Source: an uncultured Gemmatimonadales bacterium (GTDB lineage Bacteria; Gemmatimonadota; Gemmatimonadetes; Gemmatimonadales; Gemmatimonadaceae). Taken from it: 64,000 bases of DNA. Made by a program: the position numbers and the translations under genes. The notes under the pieces were generated by a model. That model was given only the letters and a program-made list of their open reading frames with translations, searched no databases and was not told where the DNA came from. Below are positions 21,431-31,588 of the stretch, one piece after another. The stretch spans positions 704,001 through 768,000 of the forward strand of contig CAWBZV010000005.1 in NCBI GenBank assembly GCA_963793305.1. The letters run 5' to 3'. Each line of letters begins with the position of its first letter. The stretch's first letter is position 1.

Positions 21431-24400
21431 GTGAGTCGCATCTGTCGTCTATTTCTGTTGGCCGCCGTTGGCGCGAGTCCCCCCGTCGGCGCGCAGCAAG
21501 CGCTGACGTTGCGCGGCACCGTCACCTCGGCCGCGGGACTCCCGCTCGACATCGCGCAGATCGTGGTCCCGTCCCTGGGGCTCGGCACACAGTCGCGCGA
21601 CGATGGCCGGTACACGTTGACCATCCCGGCCACTCTCGCGACCGGCCAGACCGTCATGGTGACGGCGCGCGCCCTCGGCTACAAGGCCAAGACCGTCTCA
21701 GTGGTCCTCCAGGCCCCGTTGGCCGACGTGAGCTTCACGTTGGAGGCGAACCCACTCCAGCTGGGTGAGGTCGTCGTCACTGGAGCCGGCACCACCCGCG
21801 AGGTCGAGAAGATCGCCAACGCGCGATCGAGCGTCGACTCCGGCCTGATCGAGAAGAGTGGCGAGACGAACATCGTCGCCGCGATCTCGGCGAAAGCGCC
21901 CGGCGTGAACGTGACGTTCGAACGCCGGCGATCCCGGTGCATCGGCGTCGATCCGCATTCGCGGCGCCAACACGATCGGACGGCCGAGCGATCCACTGAT
22001 CGTCGTCGACGGGGTCCCGGTCGACAACTCGACGAACACCGTCGCCACGCTCGACCCGCAGACCGGTGGCCCGCAGGGCGGCGTCGCCTCGCCGAACCGC
22101 GCGATCGACATCAACCCCGACGACATCGCGTCGATGGAAATCCTGAAAGGCGCGGCGGCCGGCTCGATCTACGGGGCGCGCGCGGGGCAGGGCGTGATTC
22201 TCATCACGACGAAGTCCGGGCACTCCGGCGCGACCGTGACGACATTTCGCAGCCAGTACGGCTTGAGCGATGTGAATCGGTTCCCCGATCTGCAACGCCA
22301 ATACGGGGAAGGGACCGGCGGCGTCGCCGATCCGTGCTCCTCTGGCCAACTCGGTTTCGACTGCCTCACTGATGGATTCAGCTGGGGACAGCCGCTCAAC
22401 GGCGCGCCGACGTACGACCATACGAACGAGGTGTTCCAGACCGGCGCGATGACCGACAACACCCTCAGTGTATCGGGTGGTGACGCGAAAACGACGTTCT
22501 TCTCCAGCGGCACATACACGGACCAGAATGGACCGGTCATCGGCCCGCACGACTACCTGCACCGCACGTCGGTACGCCTCAAAGCCGACCATGAGGTCGC
22601 GCCGACCCTGCGGCTCAACGGCAACGTGCAGATCGCCAACACGAACCAGGACGCGGTGCAGAAGGGATTCAACTTCTCGAGCATCACATGGACGTCGTGG
22701 CTGACGCCGCCGAACTTCAACAATCTCCCGTACCTGAACCCGAAATACGGAGTCCAGCGGTCATTCCGGTTTCCATTCCCCAGCCCGGTCTTCGCCGACA
22801 GCTCGAAGGGGTACGACAACCCGTTTTTCTCGGCGTACGACAACCAGAGCTCGACGAGCACGAACCGCGCCGTCGGCAGTGTCGGGGCGACCTGGGAGAC
22901 TTTTCCCTGGTTGACGTTCCAGTACACGCTCGGCATCGATTACGCGCACGACAATCGCATTCAGGGCGAGCCGATCGGCAACTCGCAGACCGCGCTCCCG
23001 ACGGGTCAGGTGCTCTCGCTCGATCTCGATCATTGGCAGCTCGACCACAATCTGTCCGGCACCGCCAAATGGTCCCGCGGTCCGAACATCGAAGGCACGT
23101 TCACGCTCGGCCAGAACCTCAACGCCCGCAGCGAGCAGATCACCGGCATCGTCGGCGACGGGTTGTTCCAGGACTTTCAATATTCGTTGAACAACACGAA
23201 CGCCGAGCGATCGCCCGTCCTCAACGCGCAAAGCTATATCCATAACGATGGATACTTCTCTCAGGGCACGCTGGATCTCGCGCAGCAACTGTTCTTGAAG
23301 GCCGGTATCCGCTACGACGGATCATCGACATTCGCGCGCAGCAACCAGTACGCCTGGTTTCCGAGCGCGAGCGCCGCATGGGAGTTCACGAAGCTCTTGC
23401 ACCCGCGCGGCGTCTCGGACGTCCTGTCGTTTGGCAAACTCCGCGTCGCCTACGGCGAGAGCGGCACGGAGCCCGCACCGTACCAAACGGTGCACTTCTA
23501 TCAAGCGGCGAGCGCCTTCAGCGACGATTTCAGCGCCGCCAACCTGGCGGAATTCCTGAATGGACAGTCCGGGCTCTTCTCTGCGGACACGCTGCCTGGC
23601 AACTTGAAGCCCGAGCGTACGCGGGAGCTCGAAGGGGGCGGCGACTTCGGGCTGTTCGGCGACAAGTCGGATCTGTCTCTTACCTACTATCACAAGTCTA
23701 CGAACAACGTGATCCTCCCGATCGTGGTCGCCGCATCATCGGGCGCCACGAACCAGTGGGCGAACGGTGCGTCGATTCGGAACGACGGCGTCGAGGCCTC
23801 GCTCAACGTCCGGCCGATTCAGAACAAGTTGCTCTCATGGGAAGTCGGCGGGACCTACGCCGCGAACTGGAACAAGGTGCTCTCGCTCTCCGGTCTCCAG
23901 TTCATTCCGTACGGCGGCAGCGGCAACTTCGGCAACGTGTCGGGCTCGGGCGGCAACGCCGTCACGCTGCTCGGCGGCAGCGTCGACAACTTCTTCGGCT
24001 ACGACTACGTTCGCTGCGGCAACGGCGTGGTTCTGGTGGACGCTGGCGGCAACCCCTACATCGTCGATGCGCATTGCTCGGGGAGCCAGAAGCGCAACCA
24101 CGCGCTGTTCATCGCCGACGGCAATCTCGCGGCGAACAACTCGACCGAGGGACCCGGCTACCCGATCCTCGATCCGACGCAACGCGGGATCGGCAACCCC
24201 GACCCCCGTTGGACGGGCAACATCCATACGACCCTGCGGATCAAGCACTTCACGATCAGCGGACTGCTCGATATCCGCCAGGGCGGTTCGGTGTACGACG
24301 CCACGCTGCAGACGCTCGACTACTACGGAGCGTCGGCCGAGACCGGCGAGCTGCGCAACAAGAGTGTCCTGTTCGGCTCGTCCTTCATGCCCGGGCCGGT

Positions 24401-24758
24401 CGCGGGTCCCGGGGTCGGCACGCACGCGGTGCTGGACCAGACGTTCTTCCAGAACTATCGCGGTGCGATCCTGCCGTCCCCGTACGCAACGGCGCCGTTC
24501 ATCGTCGATGGCTCGTTCATCCGGCTCCGCGAGATCTCGGTCGGTTACACGTTCCAGGGACGGTTCATCTCGCACAACCTGGGATTGGGCAGCATCGACC
24601 TCCGGGTCGCTGGACGGAACCTCGCGATCTGGACGAAATACCAAGGCGCCGATCCTGAGGTCAGCGCGGGAGGCGCCGAGAGCGGCGCGCAAGGCATCGA
24701 TTACTTCGGCGTGCCGCAGACCCGCACGTTCCTGTTCACATTGACCATCACCCGGTGA
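21431..24758 (+). CDS. SusC/RagA family TonB-dependent outer membrane receptor (+1 frameshift near 21917)
   Basis: Signal peptide; carboxypeptidase-regulatory-like N-domain; LGEVVVTG; plug SIRIRGANTI...PLIVVDGVP; DINPDDIASMEILKGAAAGSIYGARAGQGVILITTKSG; YDGSS; LKPERTRE; DGSFIRLREI; DPEV. Confidence 0.9.
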
Positions 24759-24763
24759 CTCCC

Positions 24764-26140
24764 ATGCGACGCGTGACAACGTTGTTCGGCGCCGCCGGCG
24801 TGCTCCTGACGCTCGCGGGCTGCCGCCAGTTCCTCGACAGCAAGAACCTCACGCACAACCCGAACGATCCGTCGGTCGCACCGACCGGCGCGTTGTTCGT
24901 CGCGGCACAGATCGACTTCTACTCGCAGGAGGAAGGGCAGCTCGGCCGCACGATCTCGGTCTGGACGGAGCAGTTCAGCGGCCAGGTGTCTCCGTTCAAC
25001 GCCCTCGGCAGCGGGTATCAGTACGGCGCCGACGACTATTACAACAACTGGTCCCGGACCTATGACGGCGGTGGATTGATTGATCTCCGAACGGTCGAGC
25101 AACGATCGTTAGCGGTCGGCGACTCGATCTTCGCCGGCCAGGCGATCGTGCTCGAGGCCATGGAGGTCGGCGAGGCCGCGGATATCTGGGGTGATATCCC
25201 GTACTCCCAAGCATCCCAACCGTCGACCTACCCGCATCCAAAAGTCGACCCTCAGCAGACCGTCTATGACAGCTTGCGGCATTCGCTGGCGACGGCGATC
25301 CAGTTCCTGGCTGATACCGCCCCCGCTCATCTCGTCACGAACGCGGGCGCGGGGAGCGCCTTCGACTTCACGTATGGGGCGCTCCCGTCGCTCGACGCCG
25401 AATCAGCCGCGTGGATCGCGCTCGCCCACACGCTCCGCGCGCGGATCTTCCTGCACATGGCCGCGAAGCTCGGGGCGACCATGTACGACTCCGCGTTCAA
25501 CGACGCCAGCCAGGGGATCCTCGATCCGACTGGCGCCGGGAACTACGTGACGGTGCATGGCGCCACGGCGACAACGGCCAACGTGTGGTCCGACTTCAGC
25601 AGCATCTATCCCGGGTACATCGTGGCCGGCAACACGATGATCAATCTCATGAACGCGTCGAGCGATCCACGGCTGCCGCTCTACTGGTCCACGGCGACGG
25701 TCAACACCTACGTCGGCGCGCCATTCGACTCGATCGTGGGGTATCCGGCCTCCGGGCTCTCGGGCACGCGCACGGCGCAGACCTTCTCGCAACCGGTCGT
25801 GACGTATGCCGAGAACGCCCTGATTTTGGCCGAGGCGTCGTGCCAGCTGGGCAACAAGCCAAATGCGCTGGCCTATCTCCAGCAGGAGCAAGCCGCCGCT
25901 GGCGCTACGCAGACGACGGCCGTGTCGCTCGCGGCCATCATGAATGAGAAGTACATCGCGATGTTCCAGACCGTAGAGGCGTGGAACGACTACAAGCGGA
26001 CCGGATTCCCGGTCCTCGGCGGGTCCCCGCCGCGGCGGTTGACCTATCCGCAGACGGAGCGCGAGGCGAATCCGAGCATTCCCGCCGACGGGGCGCGCAA
26101 CTGGAACGATACGGGGCCGGTCTCGTCGAACTGCGGGTGA
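24764..26140 (+). CDS. SusD/RagB family lipoprotein (SusD-like)
   Basis: Lipobox LAGC; NPNDP, DIWGDIPYSQA, EKYIAMF, EAWNDYKRTGFP, PRRLTYP. Directly follows susC; alternative GTG start at 24755. Confidence 0.87.
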   Translation: MRRVTTLFGAAGVLLTLAGCRQFLDSKNLTHNPNDPSVAPTGALFVAAQIDFYSQEEGQLGRTISVWTEQFSGQVSPFNALGSGYQYGADDYYNNWSRTYDGGGLIDLRTVEQRSLAVGDSIFAGQAIVLEAMEVGEAADIWGDIPYSQASQPSTYPHPKVDPQQTVYDSLRHSLATAIQFLADTAPAHLVTNAGAGSAFDFTYGALPSLDAESAAWIALAHTLRARIFLHMAAKLGATMYDSAFNDASQGILDPTGAGNYVTVHGATATTANVWSDFSSIYPGYIVAGNTMINLMNASSDPRLPLYWSTATVNTYVGAPFDSIVGYPASGLSGTRTAQTFSQPVVTYAENALILAEASCQLGNKPNALAYLQQEQAAAGATQTTAVSLAAIMNEKYIAMFQTVEAWNDYKRTGFPVLGGSPPRRLTYPQTEREANPSIPADGARNWNDTGPVSSNCG

Positions 26141-26158
26141 CATGCTACAGTAGTAGGC

Positions 26159-27775
26159 ATGAACGAGCAGTACAATTTGCTCGCGGAGTTCGGGCGGGTG
26201 GACGGACAGACCGTCTACCTCGCCCGAGACCGCGCCACCGGAGAGGTGGCCATCGCCCGGCGTCCCTCTGACGATCCGTCCGGGCCACTCACGATCTCAC
26301 ACGTGCTCGACGCCACCGTCCCGGCCGACGGCGCGGTGTGCTCGTCCTGTATGGACGACCTCCGGACGTGGGGGCGATTCTGTCCCAGCTGCGGTCGGGA
26401 GGTCTTCGGCGCGCAGCCCGCGTCCGCGGACTCGCCCTCGGCCGAGCAACTCCTCGACGCCGTCCGGCACGCCGCCGAGGGACGGTTTGACATCCTCGGC
26501 TCGATGCCCCGCGCCGAGGGTGGCGACACGATCTACTTCGCGGTCGATCTCAACACCGCCGACGTAGTGGCGCTCCTCCTCAATCGCGAGGGCATCGAGG
26601 CAGACGGCACGCTAGCGTACTCGCTTGAGTTGCCGCTGACGCTCTCGCCGGTCGCGAAGGGCCCAGCGGCCGCGACGGCGACGCCGGCACCACCTCCGCC
26701 TCCGCCCCCGAAGGCCGACTCGTTTACGGCGATGTTCGGCGCCGTTCCACCGCCGTCAGAACCGCCGCCAGCCGCATCGCCAGCGCCGATGGTAAAGTCG
26801 ATGGCGCCGCCGCCTGTCGTGCCACCGCCAGTCTTTGCGCCGCCGCCAGTCATGCCGCCGCCACCGGTGAGCGCGACGCTGGGACCGATGCCGGTAGCGG
26901 CGCATGCACCGGAGCGAATGCCAGAGCGCACGCGCCGCACGACTGCGCCCATTCCCGAGCCGTCAACGCCGGTCCTTTCACCACCGCCGGCGCGCCAGCG
27001 CCCGGCGGTGCCGAAGGGAGTCCTCATCGCCGGAGTCGCTGCCGTACTCGGGTTAGGCGTGCTATTCGTCGTGCTCGCTCTGCGCCCGAAGGCAGCGCCG
27101 CCCCCGATCGCCGTCGCCCAGGACACGACATCGCCGACGCCGGCCCCGGTCCCGGCCGATACCGCGAAACCGCAACCGCCGCCCGACACGACAACGGTCG
27201 CCGCGGAGACGCCCCCGCCCGTGGCCCCCGCCCCCGTAGCTCCAGCCGTCACAAAGCCGGCGCCCCCAACGCCTCGCCGCAAACGGCTCACCGGTCGCGA
27301 CACCCTCGGTCTGGCCGAGGCAATCCATGACTGCTCGACCTCGACGCTCGCCGGCGACTGGTCGACCGCGGCCCCCGTCTGCGAGCGCGCGGCCGCCGCG
27401 GGCGACCCGGACGCCGAGCTGTCACTCGGGATGATGTATCAGCGCGGCAATGGCGTTCCGGGCAGCTTGGCTGACGCGTTCAAGTGGTTCCAAAAGTCTT
27501 CCGACGGCGGAAGCATTCGCGCGACGAATTATCTGGCGTGGGCCTACGCGAACGGCGACGGCGTGAAACGCGACGGCGCGGCGGCCATCAAGCTGTTCCA
27601 AAAGAGCGCCACCGCTGGCAATGCCCAGGGCGAGTACGGGCTCGGGATGATGTACGCCAATGGAACCGGTGCGAGGCGCTCCGATAGCCTCGCGGCGCAG
27701 TGGTTCCGCAAGGCGGCGGCTCAGGGCGATCCGCTTGCCCGAGATGAGCTCACGCGCCGCGGGTTGACTCCGTGA
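26159..27775 (+). CDS. Bitopic membrane protein: two kinase-N-lobe-like modules around a Zn ribbon, Pro-rich linker, TM helix, C-terminal Sel1-like repeats
   Basis: YNLLAEFGRVDGQTVYLARDRATG; CSSC..W..FCPSCG; FDILGSM...IYFAVD; TM VLIAGVAAVLGLGVLFVVLAL; Sel1 units LGMMYQRGNGV..AFKWFQKS, LAWAYANGDGV, LGMMYANGTGA..AAQWFRKAAAQG. Confidence 0.75.
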   Translation: MNEQYNLLAEFGRVDGQTVYLARDRATGEVAIARRPSDDPSGPLTISHVLDATVPADGAVCSSCMDDLRTWGRFCPSCGREVFGAQPASADSPSAEQLLDAVRHAAEGRFDILGSMPRAEGGDTIYFAVDLNTADVVALLLNREGIEADGTLAYSLELPLTLSPVAKGPAAATATPAPPPPPPPKADSFTAMFGAVPPPSEPPPAASPAPMVKSMAPPPVVPPPVFAPPPVMPPPPVSATLGPMPVAAHAPERMPERTRRTTAPIPEPSTPVLSPPPARQRPAVPKGVLIAGVAAVLGLGVLFVVLALRPKAAPPPIAVAQDTTSPTPAPVPADTAKPQPPPDTTTVAAETPPPVAPAPVAPAVTKPAPPTPRRKRLTGRDTLGLAEAIHDCSTSTLAGDWSTAAPVCERAAAAGDPDAELSLGMMYQRGNGVPGSLADAFKWFQKSSDGGSIRATNYLAWAYANGDGVKRDGAAAIKLFQKSATAGNAQGEYGLGMMYANGTGARRSDSLAAQWFRKAAAQGDPLARDELTRRGLTP

Positions 27776-28313
27776 CGCCGCCCGAGACGACGAATGCCAT
27801 GGCCTCGGCGCTCGGCGTCGTCAGCCTCACGACCTCTGACGCCGGATAGATGAACAGGCGGCCGGACAGGCTATACGAGAACGGCAGATAGACGGCGACG
27901 TGATCGGTGAGCCCGAAGCGGGTCAGCGATTCCTGCGTGACGAACCCCACCGCTTTGGCCATTGGCGCGTCCGGCGCGGGGACCAAGACCGGCGTGTCGA
28001 ATCGCCGCTTCTCGCCGACGAACGCGTTCAGCAGGTCCTTCGTCGACGAATAGAGCAAACGGACAAACGGCAGTCGGGCGATGAGACTGTCGAGCGCAGT
28101 GATCAATCCACGCGCCAAGAGGGTCGATCCGAGAAATCCGACCAGCGTGATGACCACCACCGTGAGCGCGAATCCCAGGCCTGGGACCGACAGCCGCAGG
28201 AATTGATCAACGATCGAGAACGCGTCGAAGATCCGGTAGCAGACGTAGACCGTGATCGCGATCGGCGCGACGAAGGCGAGCCCACGCACGAAGTAGGAGA
28301 CGAGGCGGCGCAT
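27750..28313 (-). CDS. DUF502 family membrane protein
   Basis: YFVRGL..VAPIAITVYV, IARLPFVRLLYSSTKDL, VGFVT, VAVYLP, AMAFVVSGG. Confidence 0.8.
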   Translation of the reverse strand: MRRLVSYFVRGLAFVAPIAITVYVCYRIFDAFSIVDQFLRLSVPGLGFALTVVVITLVGFLGSTLLARGLITALDSLIARLPFVRLLYSSTKDLLNAFVGEKRRFDTPVLVPAPDAPMAKAVGFVTQESLTRFGLTDHVAVYLPFSYSLSGRLFIYPASEVVRLTTPSAEAMAFVVSGGVTESTRGA

Positions 28314-29415
28314 GCGGGAAATTAGCTCGGCGCAGCCGAGCTTTGTCCAACCGACGGCTAGACGGGCGCGCAGCGCCCTGTCTAGCGAACCCTCGGTCTC
28401 TTACGCTGTCGCCCTCTTGATTGGCGCCAGCCTGCTCGCGATAGCGGCCGGCGGTGTTCGCGCCTATCTCGAGCGCGTCCAGGAGTTCCCCGATATGGCG
28501 AGCTATGCCGAAGCCGCGACGGCGATTCGGCACTGGCACCTGTCGGGAATCCCGGCGCGCCAGTTCTGGGGATATGCGGATGCGGGCGCCTTGCTCTCGC
28601 TGGTGCTCCCGGGCCTGCCGATGCTGGTCGTTCTGGTCATCATCTCGACGATCTCCGGATGCGTCGCCGTCGCGCTGGCCCACCGGTTATGGGGTGGCTG
28701 GACTGCCGTGTACCTGACCGCCGTTGGCTGGCAATGGGTGCAACGCGAGGCCTTCGGCGGGTCCGAGCCACTGTTTATGGCGCTGATCTTCGCGGCGTTT
28801 CTCTCAACCCGGCAGGATCACACGCGACGCGCGGCGCTCTGGGCCGCGTTGGCCACGGTTGTCCGGCCCATCGGTATCTTCGCGCTCGGCGCGGTGCTCG
28901 TTCGACGCAAACCAACCGAGGTGCTGCTGGGCCTTGGCATTGCGGCCATTGTGTTTGGCCTGTATTGCGTGCCGCTCGCCTTCACCGGCGACGTCCTCGG
29001 AAACATCCATTGGTACGCGCCGCAAATGACGGGGGGAACGGTGTGGGGCACCCTCATCGCCGGCGAGGTGAGCCCGGTTCGCGATATTCTCGTCGTTGGC
29101 GCTATCGCCGTCGTCCTGATCGCGCCATTGGTGGTGTTTGCCAGAGAGCAAAAGGGTCGTTGGGCTGAGAATCTTTTCGCCCTCGGCACGTCGTGCTTTC
29201 TGATCACGTTGAACTGTCAGCCGTGCGCATGGGCCTTTCCTCGTTTCGCGATCGTCTCGATTCCGTTCGCGCTCATCGTCATCCGGCAATGGTTGCCGCG
29301 CGACGATCGCGTCGTATGTGTGCTGTCGATTGTCTCAGCGCTGATCGCTGCGGCGATGCAGTTCAACGATCGAGACCCCGGTACGGCCCTTTTACACCTG
29401 TTCTCACTGCATTAG
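28312..29415 (+). CDS. Polytopic membrane protein, probable GT-C fold glycosyltransferase (PIG-V/ArnT-like); start uncertain
   Basis: Many TM segments; D..SY in the first loop; GSEPLFMALI and LATVVRPIGI resemble GT-C motifs. The listed ATG overlaps the divergent DUF502 start, so the true start may be downstream. Confidence 0.5.
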   Translation: MREISSAQPSFVQPTARRARSALSSEPSVSYAVALLIGASLLAIAAGGVRAYLERVQEFPDMASYAEAATAIRHWHLSGIPARQFWGYADAGALLSLVLPGLPMLVVLVIISTISGCVAVALAHRLWGGWTAVYLTAVGWQWVQREAFGGSEPLFMALIFAAFLSTRQDHTRRAALWAALATVVRPIGIFALGAVLVRRKPTEVLLGLGIAAIVFGLYCVPLAFTGDVLGNIHWYAPQMTGGTVWGTLIAGEVSPVRDILVVGAIAVVLIAPLVVFAREQKGRWAENLFALGTSCFLITLNCQPCAWAFPRFAIVSIPFALIVIRQWLPRDDRVVCVLSIVSALIAAAMQFNDRDPGTALLHLFSLH

Positions 29416-29488
29416 TTGACTTCGGTTTGGGTGTCCGTACATTGGCGCTGGCCCTAGCGTCCGGGGGGAGTGTCTGAAGCACAAGATT

Positions 29489-30394
29489 GTGTGCGCAGGG
29501 CTGCTGGTCTGTGCCGCCGCCTGCCACCCAGCAACTGGTGTGGCGCCTGCGCGCGCCGCCGCCGATAGCGCCGCTCGTGCCGCCATTGCCCACGAGCGGT
29601 CCATTGATGTCAACTCGTTCGCCGCCCGATCGGTTGGCGTCGCGCCGCTCGCGGCCGACTCCAGCGATCCGGTGGCCGGACCCCTCGCATATGCGTTGCC
29701 AGATTTGCTCATGGCGGATCTGGCACAGAGTCATCAAGTGGTCGTCGTCGATCGCATTCGACTCGACGCGATGCTCCGAGAGCTGCATCTCGTCTCGTCG
29801 GGCCGAGTCGACACCACGACCGCGCCACGCGTCGGCCGCTTGATCCAAGCGCGCCGCTTACTCATCGGCCGCCTCACCACGGTGAACGGCGGTCAGCAGA
29901 TCAACGTCAACATCCGCATCGCCGACGTGGCGTCGTCGTCCGTCGCCCCGGCGGTGCAATCGCGCGCGACATCGGCGGACATTCTCGCGGCCGAGAAGGA
30001 GTTGGCGTTCCGGGTGCTCGATGCGCTTGGCGTGACATTGACGCCGGCGGAGCGCACCGCGATCGAGCAGCGTCCAACCAAACGGGTCTCGGCCCTCTTG
30101 GCCTACGGACGCGGCGTGCGCGACGAAGCGGCCGGCGAATATGGCGCCGCGTCGCAGCAGTACGCACAGGCCCTCCAGATTGACCCGTCATTCTCGCGGG
30201 CCCGTGCGCGATTGGCGGCGGTCCGTCAGTTGAGCGGCGACCAGGAATCGTTGTCTCGCGCGTCACTCACCGCTGCTGATGGCCTCAATCCGAGCCTCAC
30301 GGACCCCTCTGACGTGAACCATATCGGCGGCGCAGCTGACCCCTCGTTCCCACAGCCGGTGACGGTGATCCTGACGATCACCAACGTTCCATGA
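29489..30394 (+). CDS. CsgG/HfaB-like lipoprotein with C-terminal TPR
   Basis: Lipobox AAAC (an in-frame CTG at 29474 would give MKHKIVCAGLLVCAAAC). VGVAPL, LMADL, VVVDRIRLDAMLREL, RVGRLIQARRLLIG resemble the CsgG/FlgO/TolB-N fold. TPR ALQIDPSF..AR. Confidence 0.65.
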   Translation: MCAGLLVCAAACHPATGVAPARAAADSAARAAIAHERSIDVNSFAARSVGVAPLAADSSDPVAGPLAYALPDLLMADLAQSHQVVVVDRIRLDAMLRELHLVSSGRVDTTTAPRVGRLIQARRLLIGRLTTVNGGQQINVNIRIADVASSSVAPAVQSRATSADILAAEKELAFRVLDALGVTLTPAERTAIEQRPTKRVSALLAYGRGVRDEAAGEYGAASQQYAQALQIDPSFSRARARLAAVRQLSGDQESLSRASLTAADGLNPSLTDPSDVNHIGGAADPSFPQPVTVILTITNVP

Positions 30395-31588
30395 TGCGCC
30401 GAGTATTGCTCTTGGGCTTCCTGCCGGTCGCCGCCGGAGCGCAGGGACGTTCTGACGGGCGTGACGAACAGCGACGCCACGCCGCAGATCAATTACTGGT
30501 CATTCTCCTCCGGAAGCGCGGTCCAGCCGGACCAACTGGGCGGTGACAGCGTCCGTGTCGCGCACGTGTGGCAGTTCTCGATCCCCATCGATGTCGCGAT
30601 CCCCATCGGCGATCGCTTCACGATCGACGCCAGCGGCGCATATCAGACGGGCACGGTGCAGCTCGCGGGGCAGGACACGGCGCTTCACACGGATCATTAC
30701 ACATTGAGCGGCATCACGGACATCAAACTCCGTCTGGTGGCCCGGGTGATTGGCGATAACGTGTTGCTGACCCTCGGCGTCAACGCCCCGACTGGCACCA
30801 CGAATCTCAACGCCGAGCAATACAAGGCCATTCGCATTCTCGCCGCGCCGGCGCTGGAGTTGCCGAACGCGACGCTCGGCACGGGCCCCGGCGGGGTCGT
30901 CGGCATCGTGCTCGCCAAACACATCGCCGGCTGGTCATGGGCCATCGGCGGATCGTACGAGATCCGTGGGAGCTACGTCCCGATCGAGGCATACGCCGCG
31001 TTCGCGGCCGCGCCCAACTACCAGCCGGGGAACACGGCCCACTTCGAGCTCGGCGCCGACGGCTACATCGGTTCGAGCAACATGACCTTGGGGCTTACCG
31101 GCAACGTCTACGCGCACGACGCCCTGACCACCACGGACTCGGGCGGCGCGAAATACACCGCCAACGTGCACCTGGGCCCGAGCTTCCAAGGGACCTGGCA
31201 ATGGACGTTCGCCACGCCGGGATTCCGTGATCTGAGCCTCTACGCGGTCGACCGCTATCGGACGAAGTACGACGAGGGCGGACCCGCCATCGCCGGGACG
31301 AGCGGCAACTATCTCGACGCGGGGTTGCGGGCCGCGCTCCCCATTGGCGAGTCCACCAGTTGGACGGTGGGTCTTGGCTTCGTCGACCAGACGGGCCTCT
31401 CGATCGACAACTCGTTCGCCACCGCCGGCATCACCGCGGGAACGGTGACACTCGGACTCGCCCAGGATTTTGGCGCATATCGTCTTGAGCCGTTCGTGCG
31501 AGGCGGATATGGAAAACTCGACATGGGGTCGCACAACCCGACCGCCGCATCACTGGGCGGCGGCGTCGTGTTTCGGCTGAAGATCTGA
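30391..31588 (+). CDS. Putative outer-membrane beta-barrel protein (+1 frameshift near 30450 hides its signal peptide)
   Basis: ATGA overlap with the previous gene gives the signal peptide MMRRVLLLGFLPVAAGAQ. Alternating amphipathic strands; GITDIKLRL; C-terminus LGGGVVFRLKI. Confidence 0.6.

Noticed and set aside
26159..27775. Calling this protein, or 42261..43391, an active Ser/Thr kinase (PpkA)
   Set aside because: No catalytic Lys, HRD or DFG motifs; only N-lobe-like strands are present.
29489..30394. Curli (type VIII) secretion locus
   Set aside because: Only a CsgG-like fold is suggested; no curlin-repeat, CsgE or CsgF genes are seen.
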